From Eledone cirrhosa (lineage: Eukaryota): a DNA stretch of 64,000 nucleotides. The notes beneath the pieces are model-generated. The model was not told the origin of the DNA. It made no database searches and saw nothing but the letters and a program-made list of their open reading frames with translations. A program made the translations under genes and the position numbers. This document shows positions 13,909 to 26,452 of this stretch, one piece after another. The stretch covers positions 2,356,001 to 2,420,000 of the forward strand of contig OZ024763.1 of NCBI GenBank assembly GCA_964016885.1, in the 5' to 3' direction. The first letter of the stretch is position 1. Each line of letters opens with the position of its first letter.

Positions 13909-14076
13909 ATATATATATGTGTGTGTATATAAGATGTCGTGTGATGGCTGAACATCTAGTTAACTTCAACTGTGTCTGGGTGTATATATATATATATATG
14001 TGTCTGTCAGTGTGTGTGTGTGTATATATATGTGTGTGTGTGTATGTGTATATATATATGTATATAAATATTTGTC

Positions 14077-14107
<31 letters not shown>

Positions 14108-14284
14108 GAACTTTGTGTGTATATATGATCTTGTGTGATAGCTGAAGACCTAGTTAATTTCAAAATTTCAATTGTGTCTAGGTGTGTATATATATGTGTG
14201 TGTATATGTATGTGTGTATATATATATTCGCATGTGTGTGTGGGGTGCATATATATATATGTATATGTCTCTATATATATATAT

Positions 14285-14476
14285 ATAGGAACGAGTAGGA
14301 CCCCGACGGCTGAGCTCAAGCCGTTTCGACGGCTAATTCTGGTCCCGCATTAGCCGTCGAAACGGCTTGAGCTCAGCCGTCGGGTCCTACTCGTTCCTAT
14401 TACCAACTCTACTACCCTAAGTATTGAGTACTTTGGTGCGTTATGGTCCACCTGGTTCCTTACCACATTTCCTCCG

Positions 14477-14478
<2 letters not shown>
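14285..14478 (+). mobile_element. Fold-back HHR element family B (hairpin 14285-14400 plus tail)
   Basis: 53-bp inverted arms each carrying GAA-ACGGCT-tgagctc-AGCCGT-C (HHR stem III and cleavage triplet); flanked by (TA)n; copies at 24731, 30391, 44323. Confidence 0.85.
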
Positions 14479-14525
<47 letters not shown>

Positions 14526-15059
14526 TGTGTGTGTGTGTGTGTATGTGTAAACACGCCACACAATCTAGATTATTGATTATCTCCACTAAAACGAGTGTGT
14601 GTGTGCTGCTACTGTGGAAATCCAACAAACAAAGGGGAACAACTGCGATGTGATTACGAATTTGCAAGGGAAGTAACTTTGGCAAGCTCTCTATATCATT
14701 GTCCAGATAAATATATAAATGTGTGTGTGTGCATTAGGTATGGATATGCTTGTGTTAAGGGTGAAAGCAGCGATTCTATGCTTAAACTTTAATCTGTTAT
14801 TTTAATAAACATTTGCTCTACGGTTCTTATATATTTGATATATATTTATCCTTATCGAGCCCTCTTTGGATTTTAGTCTTCACATTTATTATTATTACTA
14901 TATATATATATATATATATCATCATCATCATCATCATTTTACGTCCGTTCTTCCACGCTAGCATGGGTTAGACGGGTTGTCCTGTTGTGTGCAGTGTCTG
15001 GTCGGCTGACCATGCCTTGCTCATACAGGAATATATGTGTGTATATATGTATATATAAT

Positions 15060-15245
15060 ATAGAACCCGAGTTAAATAGGAGTAACCACAGTAAGGTACC
15101 CAATACATTAGCAGAATGAAGACATCAATAAGAATATATAAATGATTTTTACAGGACTAGAACTGTTTCATTCATATAAAATCATCAGGAATGCCCTTCA
15201 AATGAAACAGTTCTAGTTCTGTAGACGCCCTTTCTATATTATACT
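15060..15245 (-). mobile_element. Fold-back HHR element family A, hammerhead motif at 15147-15191 (-)
   Basis: Reverse complement ttc CTGATGA ttttatatgaat GAA ACAG ttctagtc CTGT A; partial inverted arm at 15201-15240. Confidence 0.75.
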
Positions 15246-15370
15246 TGATATATATTTATATATATATATATATATATATGGATGTAAAATGTAAACAGAA
15301 ATAACAACACAATCGGTACAGTATATGGAAGGAATGTATTAGGTTAACGCTTGATATAGCATGAAGAGGG

Positions 15371-15406
15371 TCTTAACGTTTCGGACGCTAGTCCTTCATC
15401 ACAAGA
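15371..15406 (-). ncRNA. Minimal hammerhead motif family D (first core base C>G), within element ~15280-15492
   Basis: tctt GTGATGA a GGAC tagc GTCC GAA ACGT T aaga; homologue at 51870. Confidence 0.65.
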
Positions 15407-15489
15407 AAGAATGAGAAATTAGAAAGATTGAAGGCATAGGTGGAATTGAAAAAAATGTTTTTAGAAAAAAATAACAGGTCCATTCATGT

Positions 15490-15550
<61 letters not shown>

Positions 15551-15677
15551 GTAGGAGGTAAGTTTTATTGTAGTACAATAAAGCAATGTAGATATCGGAT
15601 AAGAAACACTCTACAGTTTGTAGGACTGGAGTATACATAATATATAAGATGAAAAGATGGTTAAAAGAGTTCCATGT

Positions 15678-15746
15678 ATTTTATTATGCGCATTTCAAAA
15701 ATAAATATCATCATGTAATAACATTTGTGTTTTCATCAGATAAAAT
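15678..15746 (-). ncRNA. Type-I hammerhead ribozyme (family F)
   Basis: Inverted copy of 15868-15936. Confidence 0.8.
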
Positions 15747-15867
15747 AGGAAGACATGATATGAAGGCTAAAAAACACTTGTGGATAGTGCAGTTTTAAAT
15801 CAACATATGTTGATTTAAAACTGCACTATCCACAAGTGTTTTTTTAACCTTCATATCATGTCTTCCT

Positions 15868-15936
15868 ATTTTATCTGATGAAAACACAAATGTTATTACA
15901 TGATGATATTTATTTTTGAAATGCGCATAATAAAAT
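15868..15936 (+). ncRNA. Type-I hammerhead ribozyme (family F)
   Basis: ATTTTAT CTGATGA [AU-rich stem II] GAA ATGCGCAT A ATAAAAT: 7-bp stem I, palindromic stem III, AUA triplet. Confidence 0.8.
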
Positions 15937-16222
15937 ACATGGAACTCTTTTAACCATCTTTTCATCTTATATATTATATATATATATATACAGCGAGAGA
16001 GGGAGAGAGAAATGCGAGAAAAAACACAAACCCTCCATCACAATTCTACTTTTGAAAAGCATAAGAACTGTGAAACCAGTAAAGGAAACAAATAAATATT
16101 CTTAAAAAGACTCTAGTTGCATTTTCGATTTCATCTTTTTTTCCTTATACTTTCACTCGTGTAGGACCTCTCGTTTTTTTTTCAATTTAGAGGGAAAAAA
16201 AAAAAAAAAATTTTCTTATATA

Positions 16223-16522
16223 TCATCATCATCATCATCGTTTAACGTCCATATTCCACTCTTGCATGGGTTTGGACGGGAGTATTCCCACTTGAGGCAA
16301 GAGTGGTTGTCTTGCTCGTATAGGACTGTCTGGCGGGTTTTCTACGGCTGGATGCTCTTCCTAACACCAACCACGTTTACAGTGTGGACTGGGAGGTTTT
16401 TACCATGTTACCTACACGGCCACATTACAGCGTGGACTGGGTGTTTTTTTTGTTGTGACACCTACACGACCTCATTTGTTTCGGCCTGGATGTTGTGGTA
16501 CCAACATAACTTTACATTGAAA

Positions 16523-16523
<1 letters not shown>
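16223..16523 (-). mobile_element. 3' UTR fragment of RTE family with SINE-like 3' UTR
   Basis: Near-identical to 22860-23165. Confidence 0.85.
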
Positions 16524-16560
<37 letters not shown>

Positions 16561-16563
<3 letters not shown>

Positions 16564-16756
16564 ATATAGAAATGGCTTCTCCAGGACTAGAACTGTTTCA
16601 TTTGATGGTAGGGAAAGGTGGTGATTGGGATGGGTGGGGATCATTGGTTGATGGAATGAAACAGTTCTAGTCCTGTAGAAGCCATTTCTATATTAAATAT
16701 TTACATTCTACTAATGTATTGAGTACCTTACTTACTGTGGTTAACCCAAGATAAAC
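16561..16756 (+). mobile_element. Fold-back HHR element family A (3' half of ribozyme in both arms)
   Basis: Arms TTAATATAGAAATGGCTTCT.CAGGACTAGAACTGTTTCATT and reverse complement; tail with GTATTGAGTAC. Confidence 0.8.
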
Positions 16757-17071
16757 ATACATAAATATATATATCTTATTGATCATTGTATTAAATCCTC
16801 CTGCCAGTAAGTTTATTGAATAAAATCTATAATCAATATATTTGAGCCATAATGTCTCTATGGTTAACATAAACAATATAAATATTTGCAAAATCAACCT
16901 AAATATTTTTATCTTATCTAATCACCTTCTGTAATTGATTTTATAGATTGATCTTATTACCTATTTCAACCTGCAACAGGCTGTGTTTGTGTGGGTGTGT
17001 ATATATATATATATATATACATGTGTGTGTGTGTTTGTATATATATACGAGTGTGTGTGTATATATATATA

Positions 17072-17127
<56 letters not shown>

Positions 17128-17157
17128 CACACACATAGATATATATATACACACACT

Positions 17158-17192
<35 letters not shown>

Positions 17193-17515
17193 GTGTATAT
17201 ATATATGTGTTTGTATATGTGTATATATATATATACATGTGTGTTTGTATATATATATAGGAAAAGAGTCAGGACCCCGACAGCTGAGCTCCGGCCATTT
17301 CAACATATACTGTATATATCGCACACTGTATATATCGTTATTTTGTAGAATGTATAGTTTGCGCCGTCGGTCAGTTCTCTTGGTGTCACACTTTATAACT
17401 ACAGGGTTTAACTCTGGGATTAGATTGTTTTTAACTTCCGATCCATTGAGTGCTTTGTGATTGCCTCAAAATAAATCGAATTATACAAGATGTACTGCAG
17501 CTAAAGTTCGATTTT

Positions 17516-17587
<72 letters not shown>

Positions 17588-17632
17588 GAGAGTAAAACAA
17601 AGAATCCTTTAATACATCAAAAGTTTTTATTA

Positions 17633-17670
17633 GCCGACAATGTTTCGTCCTATTAAGGACTCATCAGGGC
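17633..17670 (-). ncRNA. Canonical minimal type-I hammerhead ribozyme (family I), within TA-flanked element ~17583-17778
   Basis: GCC CTGATGA GTCC ttaata GGAC GAA AC att GT C GGC: complete core, GUC triplet. Confidence 0.88.
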
Positions 17671-17774
17671 AATCAAAACAACAAGAAGTAATATCGGCAG
17701 ATACAAGCCGGAAACTCTGAAGAATATGGAGTGTACATACACTAAAGTCTTACAACACGCTCCAGTATTCTAAT

Positions 17775-17817
<43 letters not shown>

Positions 17818-17868
17818 AATAAGATAAAACAAGGACGAGTGGTTACTCCTTCATTACGTTTATTGGTT

Positions 17869-17953
17869 GGTGACACGTGTTTCGCCACTGATCAGCTCAA
17901 GGTTCGATCTGTATTGATCTGACCTGACTCTGTAATATGCAGCTTTTCAGACC
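17869..17953 (-). ncRNA. Hammerhead motif family C with mutated core (CUGAAAA)
   Basis: GGT CTGAAAA GC...TGGC GAA AC acgt GT C ACC. Confidence 0.6.
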
Positions 17954-17999
17954 CCTTGTAATGTTAATTGAAAAAATGTTTTCGATTAACATTACAAGG

Positions 18000-18074
18000 G
18001 GTCTGACGAGCCACGGATTACAGAGTCAGGTCAGATCGAACCTTGAGCTGATCAGTGTCGAAACGTGCGTCACC
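18000..18074 (+). ncRNA. Hammerhead ribozyme family C with long stem II insert
   Basis: GGT CTGACGA GCCAC [~40 nt] GTGTC GAA AC gtgc GT C ACC. Confidence 0.75.
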
Positions 18075-18251
18075 AACCAATAAACGTAATGAAGGAGTAA
18101 CCAATCGTCCTTGTTATCTTATTTCACTATAATACACTCTGTCTAACTCTACACCTCGACACTGAAGTGAACCTAAACATCGAGTGCTCACCCGGGTGAA
18201 CCTACAGTAACTCCAAGTTACACTCCCTGGATATATATATATATATAAACT

Positions 18252-18400
18252 TATATCAACCCCAGTACATTTCTGGTACTTTATTTTATCGACCCCGTAA
18301 GGATGAAAGGCAAAGTTGACCTCGACGGGATTTGAACTCAGTACGCAAAGGGCCGTAACCCTATGCTGCAAAGCATGGCGTCTGACACTCTACCAATTAC
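18252..18400 (-). mobile_element. tRNA-headed Meta-type SINE
   Basis: B box GAGTTCAAATCCC, then CTTTGCCTTTCATCCTTACGGGGTCGATAAAATAAAGTACCAG. Confidence 0.8.
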
Positions 18401-18734
18401 TTCAACCCCCCTCCCCACCGACCTGCCTCTACTAAATAATAATAATAACAAACCCCGTCTCTCTGCACTTTTCTAATTATGGTGGGCATCAGCAAATAAT
18501 TGTTGACTTCCCCCAATTCCACACTTTTTTGGTAAATACCTAACACTGCCTTGAAACAACACAAAACATACTGTATGTTGAATTCATCTCTCTCTCTCCC
18601 CCCCTCTCTGTTTGTCTCTCTCTCTCTCTCTCTCCCCCCCCCCACTCTCTGTTTGTCTCTCTCTCTCTCTCTCTCCCTCCCTCTTTCTCTCTCAATCACG
18701 TTCTCTTTCTAAGTCTTTCTTTCTGTCTGTCTGC

Positions 18735-18784
<50 letters not shown>

Positions 18785-18898
18785 ATGTGTATATGCATAT
18801 ATATATATATATATATATATTTATATGCACTTATATATATATATATATGTGTGTGTGTATGTGTATATGCATATATATATATATATATTTATATGCAC

Positions 18899-18934
<36 letters not shown>

Positions 18935-19013
18935 ATGTGTATATGCATATATATATATATGCACTTATATATATATATGTGTGTGTATGTGTATATGCAT
19001 ATATATATATGCA

Positions 19014-19059
<46 letters not shown>

Positions 19060-19599
19060 AAACATATATGTATATATATATATGTGTATGTATATATATA
19101 TGTATATATATATGTCAACAACACTATGTAGACTACAATAATACCACATTGAGAATTTCTAATTTTTCTCTCAACTCGACACATTCTACCTACAACTGCT
19201 TTTTTACCCCACACCTGAGAAAACATACATAAAAACCTCCCTCATCTGCTGATTCTTACATCACAGCCACCTTACCTCACCCCACTCTTTCCCCAGACAG
19301 CCATAATTACACAGTTATTGCAATTTCTCCGTCAACCACCTAGTAACTTAGCTCAAACAAACACCTACACCACACCACACCATTCTCTCATTATAATCAC
19401 CCGTACCACCACTAAGATATAGTTGGATGTTGTTCCTAACTCTACACCAATCAATTTAAGACTAGGCTCAAAAAGAAACAACTGCACCAACTTAAAACTC
19501 AGCTCAATTAGCCCACATCATACTCTCATTATCCTTCCCCCTCCTAACTCTACAAAAACCAACTTAAAACTTGGCACAATTACCCCACACCATCCGCCA

Positions 19600-21683
19600 A
19601 ATATAATTACATTACTATATATAAATCTTAGATCAACCACCTAGAAACTGTGGCTCAAACAACAATACCACATCATTGTCTCACCATCCTCCTTATATAA
19701 TTACATTACTATATATAAATCTTAGATCAACTACTTAGAAACTGTGGCTCAAACAACAACACCACCACACCATTGTCTCACTACCCTCCATATATAATTA
19801 CATTACTATATATAAATCCTAGATCAACCTCCTAGAAAATGTTGCTCAAAGAACAACACATCACCCACCATACATAATTACATTACTATATATAAATCCT
19901 AGATCAACCTCCTAGAAACTGTGGCTCAAACAACACACACCACCCGCCATACATAATTACATTACTATATATAAATCCTAGATCAACCTCCTAGAAACTG
20001 TGGCTCAAACAACAACACACCACCCGCCATACATAATTACATTACTATATATAAATCCTAGATCAACCTCCTAGAAACTGTGGCTCAAACAACACACACC
20101 ACCCGCCATACATAATTACATTACTATATATAAATCCTAGATCAACCTCCTAGAAACTGTGGCTCAAACAACACACACCACCCACCATACATAATTACAT
20201 TACTATATATAAATCCTAGATCAACCTCCTAGAAACTGTGGCTCAAACAACAAGACACCACCCACCATACATAATTACATTACTATATATAAATCCTAGA
20301 TCAACCTCCTAGAAAATGTTGCTCAAAGAACAACACACCACCCGCCATACATAATTACATTACTATATATAAATCCTAGATCAACCTCCTAGAAAATGTT
20401 GCTCAAAGAACAACACACCACCCACCATACATAATTACATTACTATATATAAATCCTAGATCAACCTCCTAGAAAATGTTGCTCAAAGAACAACACACCA
20501 CCCACCATACATAATTACATTACTATATATAAATCCTAGATCAACCTCCTAGAAACTGTGGCTCAAACAACACACACCACCCACCATACATAATTACATT
20601 ACTATATATAAATCCTAGATCAACCTCCTAGAAACTGTGGCTCAAACAACAACACACCACCCGCCATACATAATTACATTACTATATATAAATCCTAGAT
20701 CAACTACTTAGAAACTGTGGCTCAAACAACACACACCACCCACCATACATAATTTTATTACTATATATAAATCCTAGATCAACCTCCTAGAAACTGTGGC
20801 TCAAACAACACACACCACCCACCATACATAATTACATTACTATATATAAATCCTAGATCAACCTCCTAGAAACTGTGGCTCAGACAACAACACACCACCC
20901 ACCATACATAATTACATTACTATATATAAATCCTAGATCAACTACTTAGAAACTGTGGCTCAAACAACACACACCACCCACCATACATAATTACATTACT
21001 ATATATAAATCCTAGATCAACCTCCTAGAAACTGTGGCTCAAACAACAACACACCACCCGCCATACATAATTACATTACTATATATAAATCCTAGATCAA
21101 CTACTTAGAAACTGTGGCTCAAACAACACACACCACCCACCATACATAATTACATTACTATATATAAATCCTAGATCAATCTCCTAGAAACTGTGGCTCA
21201 AACAACACACACCACCCACCATACATAATTACATTAACTATATATAAATCCTAGATCAACCTCCTAGAAACTGTGGCTCAGACAACAACACCACCCACCA
21301 TACTTAATTACATTACTATATATAAATCCTAGATCAACCTCCTAGAAACTGTGGCTCAAACAACAACACACCACCCGCCATACATAATTACATTGCTATA
21401 TATAAATCCTAGATCAACTACTTAGAAACTGTGGCTCAAACAACACACACCACCCACCATACATAATTACATTACTATATATAAATCCTAGATCAACCTC
21501 CTAGAAACTGTGGCTCAAACAACACACACCACCCACCATACATAATTACATTACTATATATAAATCTTAGATGAACCACCTGGAATCTGTGGCTCAAACA
21601 ACACACACCACCCACCATACATAATTACATTACTATATATAAATCTTAGATGAACCACCTGGAATCTGTGGCTCAAACAACAC
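19600..21683. repeat. 79-80 bp minisatellite (~26 copies)
   Basis: Unit CATAATTACATTACTATATATAAATCCTAGATCAACCTCCTAGAAACTGTGGCTCAAACAACACACACCACCCACCATA; diverged precursors at 19330-19600. Confidence 0.95.
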
Positions 21684-21904
21684 CACAAATACTTCACAAA
21701 TACTTCACCGCACCATTTCTCTCAGGCAGTTATTTTGTTATTGCAACCCTAGAAACCTGGTTCAAACTAACACAACAACAACAACAACATTCATATATAA
21801 TAAGGAACAGATTGGCTTAGATTAGAGACTTTTGCAATGACAACATAATCAAAATGTACTTGGTGTAACAACAACAACAACTTATATATACATATATGTG
21901 TGTA

Positions 21905-21947
<43 letters not shown>

Positions 21948-22859
21948 ATGTGTGTGTGTGTATATATATATGTATGTATGTGTGTGTGTGTGTGTGAAAA
22001 TAACCAGAAACAGACACACAGCATAGATTCAACACACAGACACACAGATATACACACACACACACACACACTGATTCGGTCAACGTAATCAGGGTAAACA
22101 GTATATAGTAGGGTAACAGTGTATATATATATATGTGTGTATATATATATACATATATATATATATATGTGTATATATATACATACATATATATATATGT
22201 ATATATATGTGTATATATATATATATATATACACATATATATGTATGTATGTATATATATATATATGTATATATCACATTCATATGCACACTCAAAGACA
22301 CAGTTATGTACTCACACATACAAAACACACACATGCTGTGACACACATACACACACTCGCACATACACACCCATGCAGTGACACACATACACACACTCGC
22401 ACATACACACCCATGCAGTGACAGACACATACACACACACTCTCTCTCTCTCACACGCACATACATACTCAGATGCAGTGACATACATACATATTCTCAC
22501 ATACACACTCAATCACACACTAATGTACTCACACATGCTCTGACACACATATATACAAATATATACACATGCTCACTCATACACAGCCATGCAGTGACAC
22601 CCATACACACACACACACACACTCACACACACATACACACACCCATGCTGTGACAACTTAATCTCCAATTGTAGTATAAGAGAGGGAGGGGGAATTCAAA
22701 ATAATTTTAAATTGAGATTTCTGCGTTAGTTTGTGTCGATATATATATATATATATATATATGTGTGTATGTGTATATATGTATATATATATGTGTGTGC
22801 ATGTGTATATATATATATATATATGTGTGTGTATGCGTTTATATGTATATATATATGTG

Positions 22860-23510
22860 TCATCATCATCATCATCATCGTTTAACGTCCATCTTCCACG
22901 CTTGCATGGGTTTGGACGGGAGTTTTCCCACTTGAGGCAAGAGTGGTTGTCTCGCTTGCATAGGACTGCCTGGCGGGTTTTCTACGGCTGGGTGCCCTTC
23001 CTAACACCAACCACGTTTACAGTGTGGACTGGGAGGTTTTTACCGTGTTACCTACACGGCCACATTACAGCATGGACTGTGTGTTTTTTTTGTCGTGACA
23101 CCTACACGACCTCATTTGTTTCGGACTGGATGTTGTGGTACCAACATAACTTTACATTGAAAGGGGTGGTATGGATGGGGTGGGGGTAGTGGAACGGGGG
23201 TGTATTTTTGTTAGAGGTGCCTACTGACTGTAGTAGGTTTCACTTTGTACTTAGACAAGGCGGGTCTTCTGTATTTCTGTGTTACGCCAAAGATCTCGGT
23301 CCAGTGACATTGTCTTGGAGAGGTGTAAGTGTGTGAGGTCAGAATTTATCAAGTCGTCCCAGGTTTTTCTGGGTCTGCCTACTCCGTGGCTACCATCTAT
23401 TTTTATCGCCCTGCACTTTTTTATACAGCTGTCGTCTTTCATGCGCATCACGTGACCGTACCAACGTAGTCTTCTCTCGAGTAAACAGCATCTGATCCCT
23501 CTTATTCCTG
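22860..23510 (-). mobile_element. RTE LINE 3' end (ORF C-terminus plus ~390-nt SINE-containing 3' UTR)
   Basis: RRLRWYGHVMRMKDD..GRPRKTWDD..DRDLWR, stop at 23251; (ATG)n tail. Confidence 0.9.
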
Positions 23511-23696
23511 TGTGTATGTGTATATATATATATATGTGTGTGTGTGTATGTATATATATATCTATATGTGTCTGTGTAAGCGTGTATGTATGAGTATATG
23601 TGTGTATATGTGTCTGTGTTTGTATATGTGTCTGTCTGTATGTTTGTGTATGTGTGTGTCTGTCTGTTTGTGTATATGTGTGCGTGTCTTTTCTTT

Positions 23697-24730
23697 CCAA
23701 AATTTCGTCAATTTTTGTCGAAAATTTAGCTAATTTTTCTCGAAAATTTAGCGAATTTTTTTCAAAAATTTCGTCAATTTTTGTCGAAAATTTAGCTAAT
23801 TTTTGTCGAAAATTTAGCTAACTTTTCTCGAAGATTTAGCGAAGCTTTTTCGAAAATTTAGCTAATTTTTGTTGAAAATTTAGCCAATTTTTGTTGAAAA
23901 TTCGTCAATTTTTGTCGAAAATTAAGCCAATATTTGTTGAAAATTTCGTCAATTTTTGTCGAAAATTTAGCCAATTTTTGTCAAAAATTTCCTCAATTTT
24001 TGTTGAAAATTTCGTCAATTTTTATCGAAAATTTAGCCAATTTTTGTCGAAAATTTCGTCAATTTTTGTTGAAAATTTCGTCAATTTTTGTTGAAAATTT
24101 AGCAAATTTTTGTCGAAAATTTCGTCAATAATTGTGGAAAATTTAACCAATTTTTGTTTAAAATTTCGTCAATTTTAGTCGAAAATTTCGTCAATTTTTG
24201 TCGAAAATTTAGCCAATATTTGATGAAAATTACGTCAATTTTTGTTGAAAATTTCGTCAATTTTTGTTGAAAATTTAGCAAATTTTTGTCGAAAATTTCG
24301 TCAATAATTGTTGAAATTTAACCAATTTTTGTTGAAAATTTCGTCAATTTTAGTCGAAAATTTCGTCAATTTTTGTCGAAAATTTAGCCAATATTTGATG
24401 AAAATTTCGTCAATTTTTGTTGAAAATTTCGTCAATTTTTGTTGAAAATTTAGCAAATTTTTGTCGAAAATTTCGTCAATAATTGTTGAAAATTTAACCA
24501 ATTTTTGTTGAAAATTTCGTCAATTTTAGTCGAAAATTTCGTCAATTTTTGTCGAAAATTTAGCCAATATTTGATGAAAATTTCGTCAATTTTTGTTGAA
24601 AATTTTGTAAATTATTGTTTAAAATTTAGCCAATATTTGTACTTTCGGCTATTTCCGGTTATTTCCGGTTAGTTTCGGGTGTTTCCGGCTAATTCTGTGT
24701 TTATCTGGGTGTTTCTGGCTATTTTCGGTT
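23697..24730. repeat. 22-bp AT-rich minisatellite (~43 units) followed by a short 10-bp repeat
   Basis: AAAATTTCGTCAATTTTTGTCG / AAAATTTAGCCAATTTTTGTTG variants; ATTTCCGGTT-like units at 24645-24730. Confidence 0.95.
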
Positions 24731-24931
24731 ATAGGAAATTGTTCAAGACCCTGACGGCAGAGCTCAAGCCGTTTCGACGGCAATTTCTAGAGTCCAGAAA
24801 TAGCCTTCGAAAGGTCTTGAGCTCTGCCCACCGGGGTCTTGAACAATTTCCTATTACCCACTCTACTTCCCTAAGTATTGAGTACTCTGATGCGTCATGG
24901 TCGACCTGGTTCCTTACCACACTTCCTTCGT

Positions 24932-24932
<1 letters not shown>
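24731..24932 (+). mobile_element. Fold-back HHR element family B
   Basis: Hairpin ATAGGAAATTGTTCAAGACC...GGTCTTGAACAATTTCCTAT plus family B tail. Confidence 0.85.
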
Positions 24933-24999
<67 letters not shown>

Positions 25000-25049
25000 T
25001 ATATATACACACACACTCTCACAGCCTCATACCCAGATATCTATATCTA

Positions 25050-25080
<31 letters not shown>

Positions 25081-25254
25081 GTAATGTATATATATATATA
25101 TATGTATATACATATATATATATGTAATGTATATATATACATATATATATGTAATATATGTATATACATATATATATATATGTAATGTATATATATACAT
25201 ATATATATATGTAATGTATATATATACATATATATATGTAATGTATATATATAC

Positions 25255-25287
<33 letters not shown>

Positions 25288-25386
25288 AATATATATATGT
25301 AATGTATATATATATATATATACATATATGTATATATATATGTATATATATATATATACATATATATATGTAATGCATATATATAC

Positions 25387-25480
<94 letters not shown>

Positions 25481-25502
25481 ATGTATATATATATACATAT
25501 AC

Positions 25503-25533
<31 letters not shown>

Positions 25534-26046
25534 CACTCTCACAGCCTCACACCCAGATATCATATATACACTCTTTCAGTTACTGCAACACAGTTTATCA
25601 GGGGTGACATTATTTGTCAGGGGGTCAGGACAGAAATGTCACATGTAATTGGAACTTGAATATCCCCCCCCCCAACCCCCATCCTACTTAGCCTCTCTAT
25701 CTCTCCCCCTCTCACTCATTCACTAATTCTTATTCTCACACTATTGCTTCCTCTGTGTGTATGTATGTATATATATATATATATACACATACACACATAC
25801 ATACATATACATATATATACACACACATACATCTATGTACACATACATCTATGTATACACACACATACTTACACACATACACATATATATACAAACATAT
25901 ATATATATATATATATATTTATACACATACACACATACATACATATACATATATATACACACACATACATCTATGTACACATACATCTATGTATACACAC
26001 ACATACTTACACACATACACATATATATACATACATACATATATAT

Positions 26047-26378
26047 ATCATTTCATTTTACGTCCGCTTTTCCCTGCTTGCAAGGGTGGGACGGGAACTG
26101 ATACTGGCTTGATTTCTACAGCTGGATGCCCTTCCTAACACCAACCTCATTTACAGTGAGTGCTGGGTGCTTTTTTGCCGTGGCACCTACACGACCACTT
26201 TGCAGTGGAATGATAAGGACCTCAGTCCCTATCATCTCATTTCTACAGCTGAGTAAACTGGAGCAATGTGAAATAAAGTGTCTTGCTCAAGGAAACAACA
26301 CACCACCCGGTCTGAGAATTGAACTCACAACCTTTCGATTGCAAGGCCAATGCTCTAACCACTAAGCCATGTGCCTCC
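26047..26378 (-). mobile_element. Full-length CORE-type SINE (family 1)
   Basis: Near-identical to 12099-12436. Confidence 0.9.
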
Positions 26379-26397
26379 ATTATATATATATATATAC

Positions 26398-26452
<55 letters not shown>

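Larger units (their letters stand above)
15546..15977 (-). mobile_element. HHR element family F: ~340-bp spacerless palindrome (15637-15977) plus ~90-nt tail
   Basis: Centre CAACAT|ATGTTG at 15806/7; second family copy at 55170-55430. Confidence 0.9.
17811..18230 (+). mobile_element. Fold-back HHR element family C (inverted arms 17811-18131 plus ~100-nt tail)
   Basis: Arms start ATAGTGAAATAAGATAA; HHR in each arm; second copy at 57883-58139. Confidence 0.85.

Noticed and set aside
14285-14478. Classical MITE or Helitron call for the hairpin elements
   Set aside because: Asymmetric tail, variable fold point and HHR remnants fit Penelope-type products better than TIR transposons
15637-15977. 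Palindromes as amplification or assembly chimeras
   Set aside because: Arms differ by substitutions or indels, and independent copies share boundaries and tails; long-read confirmation is still advisable
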